Shown: piece by piece, positions 6,550-16,001 of the stretch
Layout of the letters: the number at the start of each line of letters is the position of its first letter
Position numbering within the stretch: the first letter of the stretch is position 1
Source of the DNA: Izhakiella capsodis
GTDB lineage: Bacteria; Pseudomonadota; Gammaproteobacteria; Enterobacterales; Enterobacteriaceae
NCBI RefSeq assembly: GCF_900115045.1
Contig: NZ_FOVC01000015.1
Span: forward strand, 22,163 to 46,162
Direction: 5' to 3'
Length of the DNA: 24,000 bases
Notes under the pieces: model-generated
Told to the model about the DNA's origin: nothing
Seen by the model: only the letters and a program-made list of their open reading frames with translations
The model's database searches: none
Translations under genes and position numbers: made by a program

Positions 6550-6591
6550 GCCCTCACGCCAGCGTAACAAAGAATACGCTGGCGTGAGGGC
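6550..6591. repeat. Perfect 17-bp inverted repeat (hairpin) with an 8-nt loop
   Basis: The sequence is gccctcacgccagcgta-acaaagaa-tacgctggcgtgagggc. It lies 19 bp from the IS right end. No adjacent T-run is present on either strand. Confidence 0.6.
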
Positions 6592-6691
6592 AGGAAAGTA
6601 AAAGGAGCGGTTATGCCTGCGGTATAGCTGCTCTTTTTTGTGGCCTCACGCTTTTTAATACCCGGCTGTGAATCTCTTCTGAAGAAATGTG

Positions 6692-6826
6692 GGCGACTTC
6701 CCTGACGGGAACCGGGCTGTCGTAAACGGAGCCGGTAAACCTTCTCCGCCCTGCCGGGCTTCCATCCCACTGTCGCAACGTCAACACCGGCTCGCAGTGA
6801 CCGTTCCGGTCACGCCGCTTTCACCA
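6692..6826. repeat. Copy 2 of the non-coding repeat element (see 111-266)
   Basis: It has the same conserved blocks as copy 1. The hairpin at the equivalent position has a different sequence (6797-6813, gtgaccg-ttc-cggtcac). Confidence 0.7.
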
Positions 6827-6970
6827 TGTTACGCATTATCCGGCGCTTTTCCTGGTGAATCCCCGCACGGAGGCTTACCAGCCGCTGGCGTATGGCTTCC
6901 ATTCTCAGGAAGACCTGGCCTCGCAATTCCTTCTTGTTGCGACCGATTTTGCACCGGGTTTTTAACCCAA

Positions 6971-7252
6971 TTAGCGCATGTCGGCCTGATGATATACCTC
7001 GCTGTCGTTTCGCTTGCCTACGGCGACAACCAGCAGAAGGATTTGATCGTCGATAACCTCATAAACCAGCCTGTAGCCGGATGAGCGCAGTTTAATTTTA
7101 TACCGGTTAGTTCTGCCGCTCAGCCTGGCCGATGGGATATGCGGGTCATGCACCCGTTCGGCAAGTTTTTTTTTAAACTGCTCACGAATGGTATGGCCCA
7201 GCTTTTCCCACTCTTTCAGCGCACGTCTGTCGAAAGCAAGTTTATAAGTCAT
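6971..7252 (-). CDS. stbE: Type II toxin, RelE/ParE family (StbE-like)
   Basis: The 93-aa protein MTYKLAFDRRALKEWEKLG...YKIKLRSSGYRLVYEVIDDQILLLVVAVGKRNDSEVY shows the typical RelE/StbE pattern. It overlaps the upstream antitoxin gene by 11 nt. Confidence 0.85.
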   Translation of the reverse strand: MTYKLAFDRRALKEWEKLGHTIREQFKKKLAERVHDPHIPSARLSGRTNRYKIKLRSSGYRLVYEVIDDQILLLVVAVGKRNDSEVYHQADMR

Positions 7253-7493
7253 CGAGATTTACGCTCACGATATCCGGATCTTTCATGCGTTCGTCTGCAA
7301 CAGCGTTAAGTTGCGCGTCCTCGGCAAGGTCGCGGTAGTAAGCATAAAGCTCAGGGGGGACACAATAAAATGCTGGTTCATTGCGATTAAGTATAGCGAC
7401 GGCATTACCTTCACCCTCCGCGACGGTTCCCATTGGATTGCGCTTCAGAGCGGTGATGCTGGCGGCAATATTCGTCAGGATTTGATAAGTCAT
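7242..7493 (-). CDS. stbD: Type II antitoxin, Phd/YefM family (StbD-like)
   Basis: The 83-aa protein ...AILNRNEPAFYCVPPELYAYY...VSVNLDDL matches the family pattern. An AGGAG SD precedes ATG 7493. Confidence 0.85.
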   Translation of the reverse strand: MTYQILTNIAASITALKRNPMGTVAEGEGNAVAILNRNEPAFYCVPPELYAYYRDLAEDAQLNAVADERMKDPDIVSVNLDDL

Positions 7494-7532
7494 AGTTAGC
7501 TCCTGTTGCGTGATTTGATTTAAGGATAGATC

Positions 7533-7566
7533 TTAAATGGTGCTTTTAAAAGTCTTTTAATGGTGC
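7533..7566 (-). promoter_or_regulatory. Putative stbDE promoter/operator repeats
   Basis: Two direct repeats, ttaaatggtgc (7533-7543) and tttaatggtgc (7556-7566), flank the palindrome cttttaaaag, 40-70 nt upstream of stbD. Confidence 0.3.
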
Positions 7567-7765
7567 GATAAACCCTACTGCCGCGCTTCGCTTGCCATCC
7601 GACCCGTTGAGCCAGAATAAATTCTAACCCCCCCGGCCCGGAGCCGAAAAAAAACTCAGTCATCAGACAGGTGCCTTATAGCTGCACCGGCGCTGCCGTG
7701 TTCTGCCCGGAGGATAACGCCGTCACGACAGCCTGATTTAACGACTCTTTAATACAGGTGAATTT

Positions 7766-8302
7766 ATGCGATGTATTCCTGCACTTCCCTTCCTTCTGTT
7801 GGCGTTCACGGCCAGCGCGTCCGTCAACGCCACCACCTGGGATGATATTGCCAGACTCGAAGCTCATAAACACACGCAGCAGAGCACCGGTGTATCGATT
7901 GCCACACAACCCGCCGAGGTATTACACCGGCTCAGCGACGGGCGGCAGGTGAATCTTCGGGACTGGAAAATCGTCCTCTTTATGTCGTCGTCCTGCCCGC
8001 ACTGCCATGCTTTCGATCCCGTACTGAAAGCGATTGCTAAGGAGACCGGCTTTTCAGTTTTCCCTTACACCCTCGATGGCCGGGGCGATGCGTCATGGCC
8101 GCAGGCCGTTCCGGCCCCGCCGATGGTGATCACTGAATTCTTTGCGCAGGGCCTGCCTATTGCCACGCCTACGCTGTTTCTGGTGAACGTGAACAACATG
8201 AAAACCTATCCCCTTCAGCAGGGGGAAAGTGAGCGTGAAGCCTTTATAGCGCGGCTTGACGAAGTGCTGCGCTTCGCTATGGATCAGGGAGAAAACCGAT
8301 GA
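7766..8302 (+). CDS. trbB: TrbB, periplasmic thioredoxin-fold disulfide isomerase of F-type T4SS
   Basis: It has a signal peptide and a CPHC motif. The stretch ...GRQVNLRDWKIVLFMSSSCPHCHAFDPVLKAIAKETGFSVFPYTLDG...ATPTLFLVNVN is colinear with F TrbB. Confidence 0.85.
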   Translation: MRCIPALPFLLLAFTASASVNATTWDDIARLEAHKHTQQSTGVSIATQPAEVLHRLSDGRQVNLRDWKIVLFMSSSCPHCHAFDPVLKAIAKETGFSVFPYTLDGRGDASWPQAVPAPPMVITEFFAQGLPIATPTLFLVNVNNMKTYPLQQGESEREAFIARLDEVLRFAMDQGENR

Positions 8303-9663
8303 GCAGCATTCTGAAAAAAAGCGTGCTGGCCGGGGCGCTGTGCTGTTACACGCTGATGGCCGGAGCAAGCCTTAACGATGACATGAACAAATTCTTTGGC
8401 AAGCTGGGCTATGAGCAGAATACCACCACGCCGAAAGTCTGGCAGGGGCAGGCGGCAGGTTACGCCACGGGCGGGGCGCTCTATGCGCGCACCTCGGCTA
8501 AGGATGTGCAACTGGTGTCGCTCCAGCTACCCAGCCTGAACGCCGGTTGTGGCGGTATTGATATGTTTCTGGGTTCCTTTTCCTTTATCAGCAAAGATGA
8601 ATTCATTCAGTTTGCCAAATCCATTCTCAGCAATGCGCCGGGTCTGTTTTTCGACCTGGCTCTGAAGACAGTGACACCGCAACTGGCGTCAGCAAAGGAT
8701 TTTCTTCAGAAACTGGCGTCCGATGTTAACAGTTCCAATATGAGCAGTTGTCAGGCCGCAAGGGCTATCGTTGGTGGGTTATGGCCGGAAACGCAGGAAA
8801 ATGCCAGCGCGGTTTGTCAGACCATCGGCAGCGATTCCAACTTCTTTTCGGACTGGGCGGCAGCGCGTCAGGGCTGTGGCACCGGGGGGCAGTACAAAAA
8901 CATGAGTAACAAAGCCGGGGCCGATATGAAAGACCAGGTGCTACGTAACAAAAACCTGATATGGGACTCGCTGGAAAAAAATCAGGTATTCAGCGGAAAC
9001 AAAGAGCTAAAAGAGTTTGCCATGAGCATTACCGGCACCATTATTTTTGATGATGATGGTAAGCCTCAGCCGCTTACGGCCATGACGACAAATGAAGATC
9101 TGATCCATGCGTTACTGCATGGCGGTACGGCCAAAATCTATACCTGTAATGACGCTGAATGTCTGAAAGTAACAATAGGGGAAGTGACGATCAGCGCAGA
9201 TAACTCTCTTAGTGGTCAGGTCAATAAGATGTTGCAGAGCATTGGCAGCAAAGCCTATGCCGATGAAGCGCTGACGGAAAAGGAAAAAGGCTTTATTACG
9301 TCCACTTCTGTTCCGGTATTGCGTTATCTCGTTGATCCTCTCTCTCTGGGCGTATCGGATTCGGTTATCTACCAGCTTTCTGATTACATCAGCTTCGATA
9401 TTCTCATCCAGTACATGCAGGAAGTGATGCAGCAGGCCCGCGTTATGCTGGCGAGTAAAAGTTATCCCGACAGTGCGCTTAAACCGTTGCAGGAAAGCAT
9501 GGCAAACGCCAATCAGCAACTGGCAATCATGCAGTCCAGGGTTCAGGTACAGCAGGATGCGCTGATGGTTGTTGAGCGTCAGATGGGTTATATGCGCCAG
9601 CAACTGTCCGGACGTTTGCTTGACCGCTATCAGAATAACTATCGCTTTTCCGGGGGACTGTAA
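8299..9663 (+). CDS. traH: TraH, F-type pilus assembly / mating-pair formation protein
   Basis: The 454-aa protein ...VWQGQAAGYATGGALYART...NAGCGGIDMFLGSFSFI...YMRQQLSGRLLDRYQNNY is colinear with F TraH. Its ATGA start overlaps the trbB stop. Confidence 0.9.
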   Translation: MSSILKKSVLAGALCCYTLMAGASLNDDMNKFFGKLGYEQNTTTPKVWQGQAAGYATGGALYARTSAKDVQLVSLQLPSLNAGCGGIDMFLGSFSFISKDEFIQFAKSILSNAPGLFFDLALKTVTPQLASAKDFLQKLASDVNSSNMSSCQAARAIVGGLWPETQENASAVCQTIGSDSNFFSDWAAARQGCGTGGQYKNMSNKAGADMKDQVLRNKNLIWDSLEKNQVFSGNKELKEFAMSITGTIIFDDDGKPQPLTAMTTNEDLIHALLHGGTAKIYTCNDAECLKVTIGEVTISADNSLSGQVNKMLQSIGSKAYADEALTEKEKGFITSTSVPVLRYLVDPLSLGVSDSVIYQLSDYISFDILIQYMQEVMQQARVMLASKSYPDSALKPLQESMANANQQLAIMQSRVQVQQDALMVVERQMGYMRQQLSGRLLDRYQNNYRFSGGL

Positions 9664-9665
9664 TT

Positions 9666-12476
9666 ATGCAGGTGATTTATACCATTACGGGCGGTGACTG
9701 GCTGGCTGACTCACTGAATGCCGTTGCGGTATTAACCGCCTCGGCCACCTGGGCCACGCTGATTAAATGGGCTTCGATATTCTCCGTCCTGGCCGTTATA
9801 TGGAGCTGGTTGCAGAAGAAAGATGTGATGACCTTCATTAAGTGGGTGGCGGTGATAGTTATTGTACCGGGGGTGCTTATCGCCAAGAAGCATTCGGTGC
9901 AGGTCATTGATATGACTGACCCGACCGCCGTTCACCAGGTTGATAATGTGCCTGGCGGCCTGGCTATTCCGGCATCATTTATCACATCGATAGGGTATGC
10001 GCTCACGCAGGCTTATGAGAGTGTTTTTCATCGCCCTGATGCGGTGACCTACAGCAAAACTGGGATGTTGTTTGGCTCCGAACTGGTGAAGGACAGCACG
10101 GGTTTTACCTTTGCCGATGGTGAGATTGCGGGACTCTTTTCCGATTATGTGCAGAACTGCGTAATAGGCGATATCTTCCTGAATCATAAGTATTCAATGG
10201 AAGACCTGATGAACAGCACCGATCCCTATTCGATGATATTTGAAAAACCCAGCCCGCTCAGAGGGATATTTGACAAAGCGGGGAGTTTTCAGACCTGCCA
10301 GCAGGCCGCAGTGACCTTGCAACAGCAGATAGGTACGGATTCTTCCGGGGGTGGTAAGACGTTCTCGTTCTGGGCGCAGAAGCTGTTTGGTTCCAGGGGC
10401 AACCGGGAGCAGTTGTTTGCCTCACTTCTGGGTGACAGCTATGGTTACTTTTATAATGCGGGCAGCAGCGCCAGCGGCATTATTAAACAGAATGTTGTTA
10501 TGAATGGGCTTCGCAAAGGGATCAGCGCTTATGCTGCACGCAATGGCGATACCGCCAGTATGATGAATATCGCGACGGAAACGGCTACTGAGAAGCAAAT
10601 CATGCAGCAGTCTGTCAGCGCCAATATCGCGATGAAGTACCTGCCAATCATGCAGACCGTTCTTCTGGGGATGATGATCGGGCTTTTCCCGGTAATGATT
10701 GTGCTGGCTATTATTAAAACGCTGACCTGGACTGTGCTCAAGGGATATATTTTTACCCTGGCTTACCTTCAGGCATGGCCGCTGCTGTTTGCAGTGTTGA
10801 ATAACGCCATGACGTTTTACCTTAAAGCCGGTGGCGCTTATGACGTTACGCTGTCCAACCTTTCTCAGATCCAGCAGCAGCATTCAATGATTGCGTCAAC
10901 GGCGGGCTGGCTTTCGCTCTCTATTCCCTTTATCGCTTATGGCATGGTGAAGGGATTGGGTGGCGTGGTTTCCCAGGCGGGCAGCTATCTCAGCAGCATG
11001 ACACAGGGGGTTGCCTCTCAGTCGTCCTCTCAGGCCGTAGATGGTACTTATGCGTTTAACAATATGCAGACGGATAACGTGCAGGGCTTTAAATGGGATA
11101 CGAACAGTACCTTTGCTTCCGGGCGAAGGGATCAACAACTGGCGAACGGCACCATGCAGGGTACGACGGCTGACGGAACGACGATAGTTAACAGTACGAC
11201 AGGCACATCTAAATTGCCTATGGATTTAAACTTTGGCCGCGCAATGAGTTCTTCTGCGCAACGGCTGGCACGAGAAAGCCAGGTTCAGGCTGAAACATCG
11301 TTGCAGGGCTTTAACCATGCCATGAACAGTGCATATAACCAGGCGCAGCAGTTCTCGCAGCAGACTGGTAACAGCAATACCATGAATACCAGCACGGATG
11401 ATTCGCAAACGGCGCAGGCGACCAAAGGGGTTAGCTCGATGATCTCTGCGGCGAAAGACTATGCCAGACGCCACGGTATCAGTGAACAGCAGGCGTGGGC
11501 GGAAATCGAAACTAAATCAAGGGATGCTGAACTTGAGGGGCATGGAGGCTGGTCATTATCAAAATCTGCACTCGGTAAGGCAGCAACGGCAATGGGTTTT
11601 GATGCTGGTGTATCCGGAAAAGTGTCAGCCAGATCAGGCAGCCAGAGTTCTGCTGATCAACGTCAGAGCGGAAGTACAGATCATTCCAGTAGTGAAGATG
11701 CTAAAAACGTTCGTGATTTCCGTGAAGGAAAACAGATACTTCAGAGTTATCGCGTTTCGCATTCTGCGGTTCGTAACGAGAACAGTTCCGCTTCACAACT
11801 TGAGCAGATTGGTACCACACTGAGTGTGGCCGACAGCCAGTACCAGCAATATACCAACAGTATCAGCCGTAGCCATGAGTACAGTAAAGTGGCTTCAATG
11901 TCGGAAAGCGAAACGGCACAACAGACAAGCAATCTTTCTCAGGAGTTCGTGGGTTATGTTCAGCAAAAAACGCCGGGGGATGCCAGCCGTATTCTGACTA
12001 ATACGGCTGATGAAAATGTGCGTCACGAACGTGAAGCCCTGGCGGATAGCTTTGTGGAAGAAAAACTGCGGTCACGGATTGAGGGTGATTTCAACAGCAA
12101 TAGCGCCTCGTTAGCGAATGGTATGCAGAACGTTGAGCCATCAAATGGAGATACCGCCAGTACGATTAATTCAGGCCAGCAAGAGATCGAACGCAGGGCG
12201 CAATCAGCAGGCATTAAAGGAAACATAACACAGGGCGTTGATGATTCGCTGACAACAAATCAGGGAGTTATTAAACAGACCAGCGCAAATATTGAGCAGG
12301 GTCACAGTGATGTTCAGCGAGAAAGCGATAAACTCAGAAGGGAGAATGATGAGTCAAAAGGTCAATTTGCTGATAATTATGCTCAAGCCGCAGGTCATCA
12401 GAATGATCAGAGCACTCCAAATCCGGGAGATCTTAGCAATGCAGTGGAGAGATTGAAGGAGAATAAAAATGAATAA
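9666..12476 (+). CDS. traG: TraG (F-type), pilus assembly and mating-pair stabilisation protein
   Basis: The 936-aa protein has an N-terminus MQVIYTITGGDWLADSLNAVA... with multiple TM segments, and a large hydrophilic C-terminal half. Its size and position match F TraG. Confidence 0.9.
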   Translation: MQVIYTITGGDWLADSLNAVAVLTASATWATLIKWASIFSVLAVIWSWLQKKDVMTFIKWVAVIVIVPGVLIAKKHSVQVIDMTDPTAVHQVDNVPGGLAIPASFITSIGYALTQAYESVFHRPDAVTYSKTGMLFGSELVKDSTGFTFADGEIAGLFSDYVQNCVIGDIFLNHKYSMEDLMNSTDPYSMIFEKPSPLRGIFDKAGSFQTCQQAAVTLQQQIGTDSSGGGKTFSFWAQKLFGSRGNREQLFASLLGDSYGYFYNAGSSASGIIKQNVVMNGLRKGISAYAARNGDTASMMNIATETATEKQIMQQSVSANIAMKYLPIMQTVLLGMMIGLFPVMIVLAIIKTLTWTVLKGYIFTLAYLQAWPLLFAVLNNAMTFYLKAGGAYDVTLSNLSQIQQQHSMIASTAGWLSLSIPFIAYGMVKGLGGVVSQAGSYLSSMTQGVASQSSSQAVDGTYAFNNMQTDNVQGFKWDTNSTFASGRRDQQLANGTMQGTTADGTTIVNSTTGTSKLPMDLNFGRAMSSSAQRLARESQVQAETSLQGFNHAMNSAYNQAQQFSQQTGNSNTMNTSTDDSQTAQATKGVSSMISAAKDYARRHGISEQQAWAEIETKSRDAELEGHGGWSLSKSALGKAATAMGFDAGVSGKVSARSGSQSSADQRQSGSTDHSSSEDAKNVRDFREGKQILQSYRVSHSAVRNENSSASQLEQIGTTLSVADSQYQQYTNSISRSHEYSKVASMSESETAQQTSNLSQEFVGYVQQKTPGDASRILTNTADENVRHEREALADSFVEEKLRSRIEGDFNSNSASLANGMQNVEPSNGDTASTINSGQQEIERRAQSAGIKGNITQGVDDSLTTNQGVIKQTSANIEQGHSDVQRESDKLRRENDESKGQFADNYAQAAGHQNDQSTPNPGDLSNAVERLKENKNE

Positions 12477-13272
12477 GATAAGACTATTACCACTTTTAAC
12501 TAGCTCAGCCACGTTTCTTATGATAAGTGTGTTTTTTTATTCTCCTTATAATATTGTCTATTATATGATTTTGCTAGGAGTAGCTATTCTCTCTTTTATA
12601 AGTTATCTGTTTTTGAGGAACTTATTGTCAAAGCATGTAATTGCTTACCTTCTAATTATAGTTTTTGCGTTTTTGGTGTTTATATATTGGTTTGGTGGAG
12701 ATTTCAAACAAGACAGGAATTTTATCTTTCTCTTGGCTTTGCAAATTATAGGTTGCGTGGCTAACTCAATAGTTTTTTTCTATTACGGGAAAGATCAAGC
12801 TGAAGAAATGAAGTTAAAAGGCTATCCAAACTCAGTTATTGAGAAAGTTTATAAAAATATTCTTTTTCGGGAAGTTGAAAGACGCATCAAAGATAAGGTT
12901 CATCCAAATGCTTTATCTAAGGTTGCGGGAGGCATTGCTACCGGAGTTCTCACTGAAACCTTATCATCGGGTCGAGCAGACTTATTCTCTGATAACCTGA
13001 TCCCTGCTGCAATGAGCATTGCTGATAGTCATTTGATTAACTTTGAATCAGGAAACTATTCTGTAACTGGTTCTCACGCCAATGACTTCAACCCGGCAAC
13101 AGGTCTGGCTATGACCAGTGATTACTTTGATGCTGGAGGGGATACTTATGGTAGCTCCTTAAATCATGACAGTCTCTTTTCGAATGATAATCATATTTCT
13201 GGCGGATTCGATAACCATTCAATAGATCATGGCAGTTCTTTCAGTAGCGGATTCGACGACAGCCGATACTGA
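12469..13272 (+). CDS. Membrane protein at the traS position (candidate entry-exclusion protein), 267 aa
   Basis: It overlaps the traG stop and is markedly AT-rich. It has about 4 N-terminal TM segments followed by a Gly/Ser/Asp-rich tail (GGFDNHSIDHGSSFSSGFDDSRY). I recognise no sequence family; the assignment is positional only. Confidence 0.45.
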   Translation: MNKIRLLPLLTSSATFLMISVFFYSPYNIVYYMILLGVAILSFISYLFLRNLLSKHVIAYLLIIVFAFLVFIYWFGGDFKQDRNFIFLLALQIIGCVANSIVFFYYGKDQAEEMKLKGYPNSVIEKVYKNILFREVERRIKDKVHPNALSKVAGGIATGVLTETLSSGRADLFSDNLIPAAMSIADSHLINFESGNYSVTGSHANDFNPATGLAMTSDYFDAGGDTYGSSLNHDSLFSNDNHISGGFDNHSIDHGSSFSSGFDDSRY

Positions 13273-13371
13273 AATGCCAATGCTCCACTGACCACACTGA
13301 ATCAACATTTGCCATTAAGACCCCGATAAGCGCCGTTTTCCTGACTGCGCTTTTTCCTGTGGAATAAATCT

Positions 13372-13839
13372 ATGCAACTCATTAACTCACTGATACTGGT
13401 GGCCGTCTGCCTGTGCTCAATGAATGCCAGCGCGTTCTGTTTCGTGCAGGCAGGAGAACGCTACCACCTTGACCCGATGCTGCTTAAAGCGATTGCCATG
13501 CAGGAAAGCAGTCTCAATCCGCGAGTCACCAATGATAACGGCCCGCGACTCGGTAAAGACTATGGCCTGATGCAGATAAACAGCAGGCACATTCCTGAAC
13601 TGGTCAGAATGGGGGTTATCCGCTCCCCGCAGGATTTGCTGAACGATCCGTGTCTGAATGTGCAGATTGGCGCGTGGATACTCACGAAGCATTTACGGAC
13701 ATGTGGTGTTAACTGGCACTGTCTGGGTTCATACAACGCCGGATTCTCCAAAAAAACTGCCGGTAAGCGGGAACAGTACGCCAACCTTATTTATAAACGC
13801 TACGTTCGCATTAATCGCTCGCAAAATATAACAGGTTAA
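13372..13839 (+). CDS. Lytic transglycosylase (SLT domain; P19/Orf169/IagB-like)
   Basis: It has a signal peptide, the catalytic AMQESSLNP motif, and the GLMQIN and YNAG motifs. Confidence 0.85.
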   Translation: MQLINSLILVAVCLCSMNASAFCFVQAGERYHLDPMLLKAIAMQESSLNPRVTNDNGPRLGKDYGLMQINSRHIPELVRMGVIRSPQDLLNDPCLNVQIGAWILTKHLRTCGVNWHCLGSYNAGFSKKTAGKREQYANLIYKRYVRINRSQNITG

Positions 13840-13862
13840 TTCTCTCGCCGGAGTAAAAAAAG

Positions 13863-16001
13863 ATGAGTCTTAAAGGCCGTGATATTACGCAGGGCGGTCA
13901 GGTTACGTTTATGCGTTTCCGGATGTTCCTGCAAGTTAATAATATATTATTTTATTATGTATTTCTGGGCTGGCTGGGGCTTTTGAGTTTTATTGTTTAT
14001 ATACGCCTCAATACGCAAACTTTTCTTAATGGTCTGGTCTACTGGTGGAGTCATACATTAATACCGTTTGGTTCAATTATAAGAAAGCCACCCGTTTACC
14101 CCGTGAGGTATTACGGGAATACCCTTTATTATACTTACGATAAAATCCTCACCGATAAGTACACCGCCTGGTGTGGCATCACACTGCGGAATGAACTCAT
14201 TCTTTCCGGACTTTTTGCGTCGATAATTACGTTTATCGTGGTTATCGGTATTTTCTGGTATATCGGGCGGGTTGGTAAAAAGGCCAGTGATGATGAAATC
14301 ACTGGTGGCCGTATCCTGGAAGATAACCCCAAAGTTGTTGCCCGCCTTATGCGCAGGCGGGGAACAGCTTCACATATCGTGATTGATGGCCTGCCAATCG
14401 TTAAAGACTCAGAAATACAGAACTTCGCCATGCACGGTACGGTGGGGACGGGTAAATCCACGCTGATGCGTAAGAAATTGCTGCGGCTACGTGAAGCCGG
14501 TGTCCCCGTCATTATTTATGACAAAGGGAATACCTTTGTAGAGGAATTTTATGATGAATCCATCGATGTCATGCTCAATCCGATGGACAGGCGTTGTGCT
14601 AACTGGGATCTATGGTCGGAATGTCAGACGTTACCCGACCTGGAAGCTGTCACTGAAACGCTTATCCCGATGGGAAACAGCGCCGATCCATTCTGGCAGG
14701 GGTCAGCCAGGACTATTTTTGCCGAAGGTGCCGAGCAGATGCGCGGCGATAAAAAGCGAACGTATAACAGCTTCCTGCGCACTCTGCTGGCGATAAAACT
14801 TGATAAACTGCGTGATTTTCTGGCCGGAACGCCTGCTTCCACGCTGGTTGATGGCAGCATTGAGAAAACTGCCATCTCGATTAGAAGTGTTCTCACCAAC
14901 TACGTGAAGTCGCTGCGTTATTTGCAGGGTATTGACCGCGAAGGTAAAAAGCCGTTCACAATCCGCGAATGGATGCAGGGCAACAGCGATAAAAAGCGCA
15001 GTGGCTGGCTGTTCATCACATCAAACCAGCGTCACCATGAATCTCTGAAGCCGCTGATCTCTATGTGGCTGGGGATTGCGTCCGGCAATCTGTTATCACT
15101 GCATGAGAACCGCTACCGGCGCGTCTGGTTTTTTTATGACGAACTGCCCTCACTGCATAAGTTACCTAATCTGCCTTACATCATTGCTGAGGCCCGCAAA
15201 TATGGCGGCTGCTTTGTGCTGGGTTTCCAGTCCTATGCGCAGCTTGAAGAAACTTATGGCCCCAAATTTGCCGCTGCGATCTATGACCTGCTGAATACCA
15301 AATTTTTCTTCCGATCACCCAGCGCGGCCATTGCGAAATTCGTTGAAGAAGATATCGGCCAGACCGTCCGTAAGCGTTTCTCTGAACAGACAAGCTTTGG
15401 TACTGATGAAGTACGCGACGGTATCAGCTACGGCAAAGACGAAGAACGGGTATCGATAGTCAGCTATTCAGACGTTCAGGGTCTGGAAGACCTTCAGTGC
15501 TTCGTCACGCTGCCCGGAAAATATCCCGTTGTTCGCCTCACCCTGAAATATCAGCCACTGCCGAAAGTCGCAGAGGGCATTCTGGAGCGCGACGTGAAAA
15601 CGTCTCTCGACCCTGAAATTGAGCATGAAATCAGTCAGCAGGAAAGCAGTGAACGCCTGGCAGCAAGAAAGCTGTTTATCGCTTCCGACACGCAGGGGAA
15701 AACCGATGCGGCACCGGCGGGCAATTCCGTAAGCGTGCCGACTGCACCGGCTGTCACCGGGCCAGATTCATCTTCAACCGGCCCGACTGGTGAAAAGCCA
15801 GACGTGACGGATAAACCTGCCCGTGGCGGCGGCCGTGAGAACGAAATACCTCATGGCGTCAGTACGGAGGGCGAGGTCGTCGATATGGAAGCGTATGAAG
15901 CCTGGCGGCAGGAGATGCAGCACGGCACACGTGACGAGGTGCGCCGTGAAGAGGTGAATATTAACCACCACCCGTCACATGAAATTGATATGGAGTTGTG
16001 A
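13863..16001 (+). CDS. traD: TraD, type IV coupling protein
   Basis: The 712-aa protein is colinear with F TraD: MSLKGRDITQGGQ..., Walker A GTVGTGKS, RRVWFFYDELPSLHKLP, and the C-terminal GEVVDMEAYEAWRQE. Confidence 0.95.
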   Translation: MSLKGRDITQGGQVTFMRFRMFLQVNNILFYYVFLGWLGLLSFIVYIRLNTQTFLNGLVYWWSHTLIPFGSIIRKPPVYPVRYYGNTLYYTYDKILTDKYTAWCGITLRNELILSGLFASIITFIVVIGIFWYIGRVGKKASDDEITGGRILEDNPKVVARLMRRRGTASHIVIDGLPIVKDSEIQNFAMHGTVGTGKSTLMRKKLLRLREAGVPVIIYDKGNTFVEEFYDESIDVMLNPMDRRCANWDLWSECQTLPDLEAVTETLIPMGNSADPFWQGSARTIFAEGAEQMRGDKKRTYNSFLRTLLAIKLDKLRDFLAGTPASTLVDGSIEKTAISIRSVLTNYVKSLRYLQGIDREGKKPFTIREWMQGNSDKKRSGWLFITSNQRHHESLKPLISMWLGIASGNLLSLHENRYRRVWFFYDELPSLHKLPNLPYIIAEARKYGGCFVLGFQSYAQLEETYGPKFAAAIYDLLNTKFFFRSPSAAIAKFVEEDIGQTVRKRFSEQTSFGTDEVRDGISYGKDEERVSIVSYSDVQGLEDLQCFVTLPGKYPVVRLTLKYQPLPKVAEGILERDVKTSLDPEIEHEISQQESSERLAARKLFIASDTQGKTDAAPAGNSVSVPTAPAVTGPDSSSTGPTGEKPDVTDKPARGGGRENEIPHGVSTEGEVVDMEAYEAWRQEMQHGTRDEVRREEVNINHHPSHEIDMEL

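Noticed and set aside
7570-7765. A possible 3' remnant of traQ or another tra gene upstream of trbB.
   Set aside because: No frame gave a recognisable Tra protein sequence, so I could not support any call.
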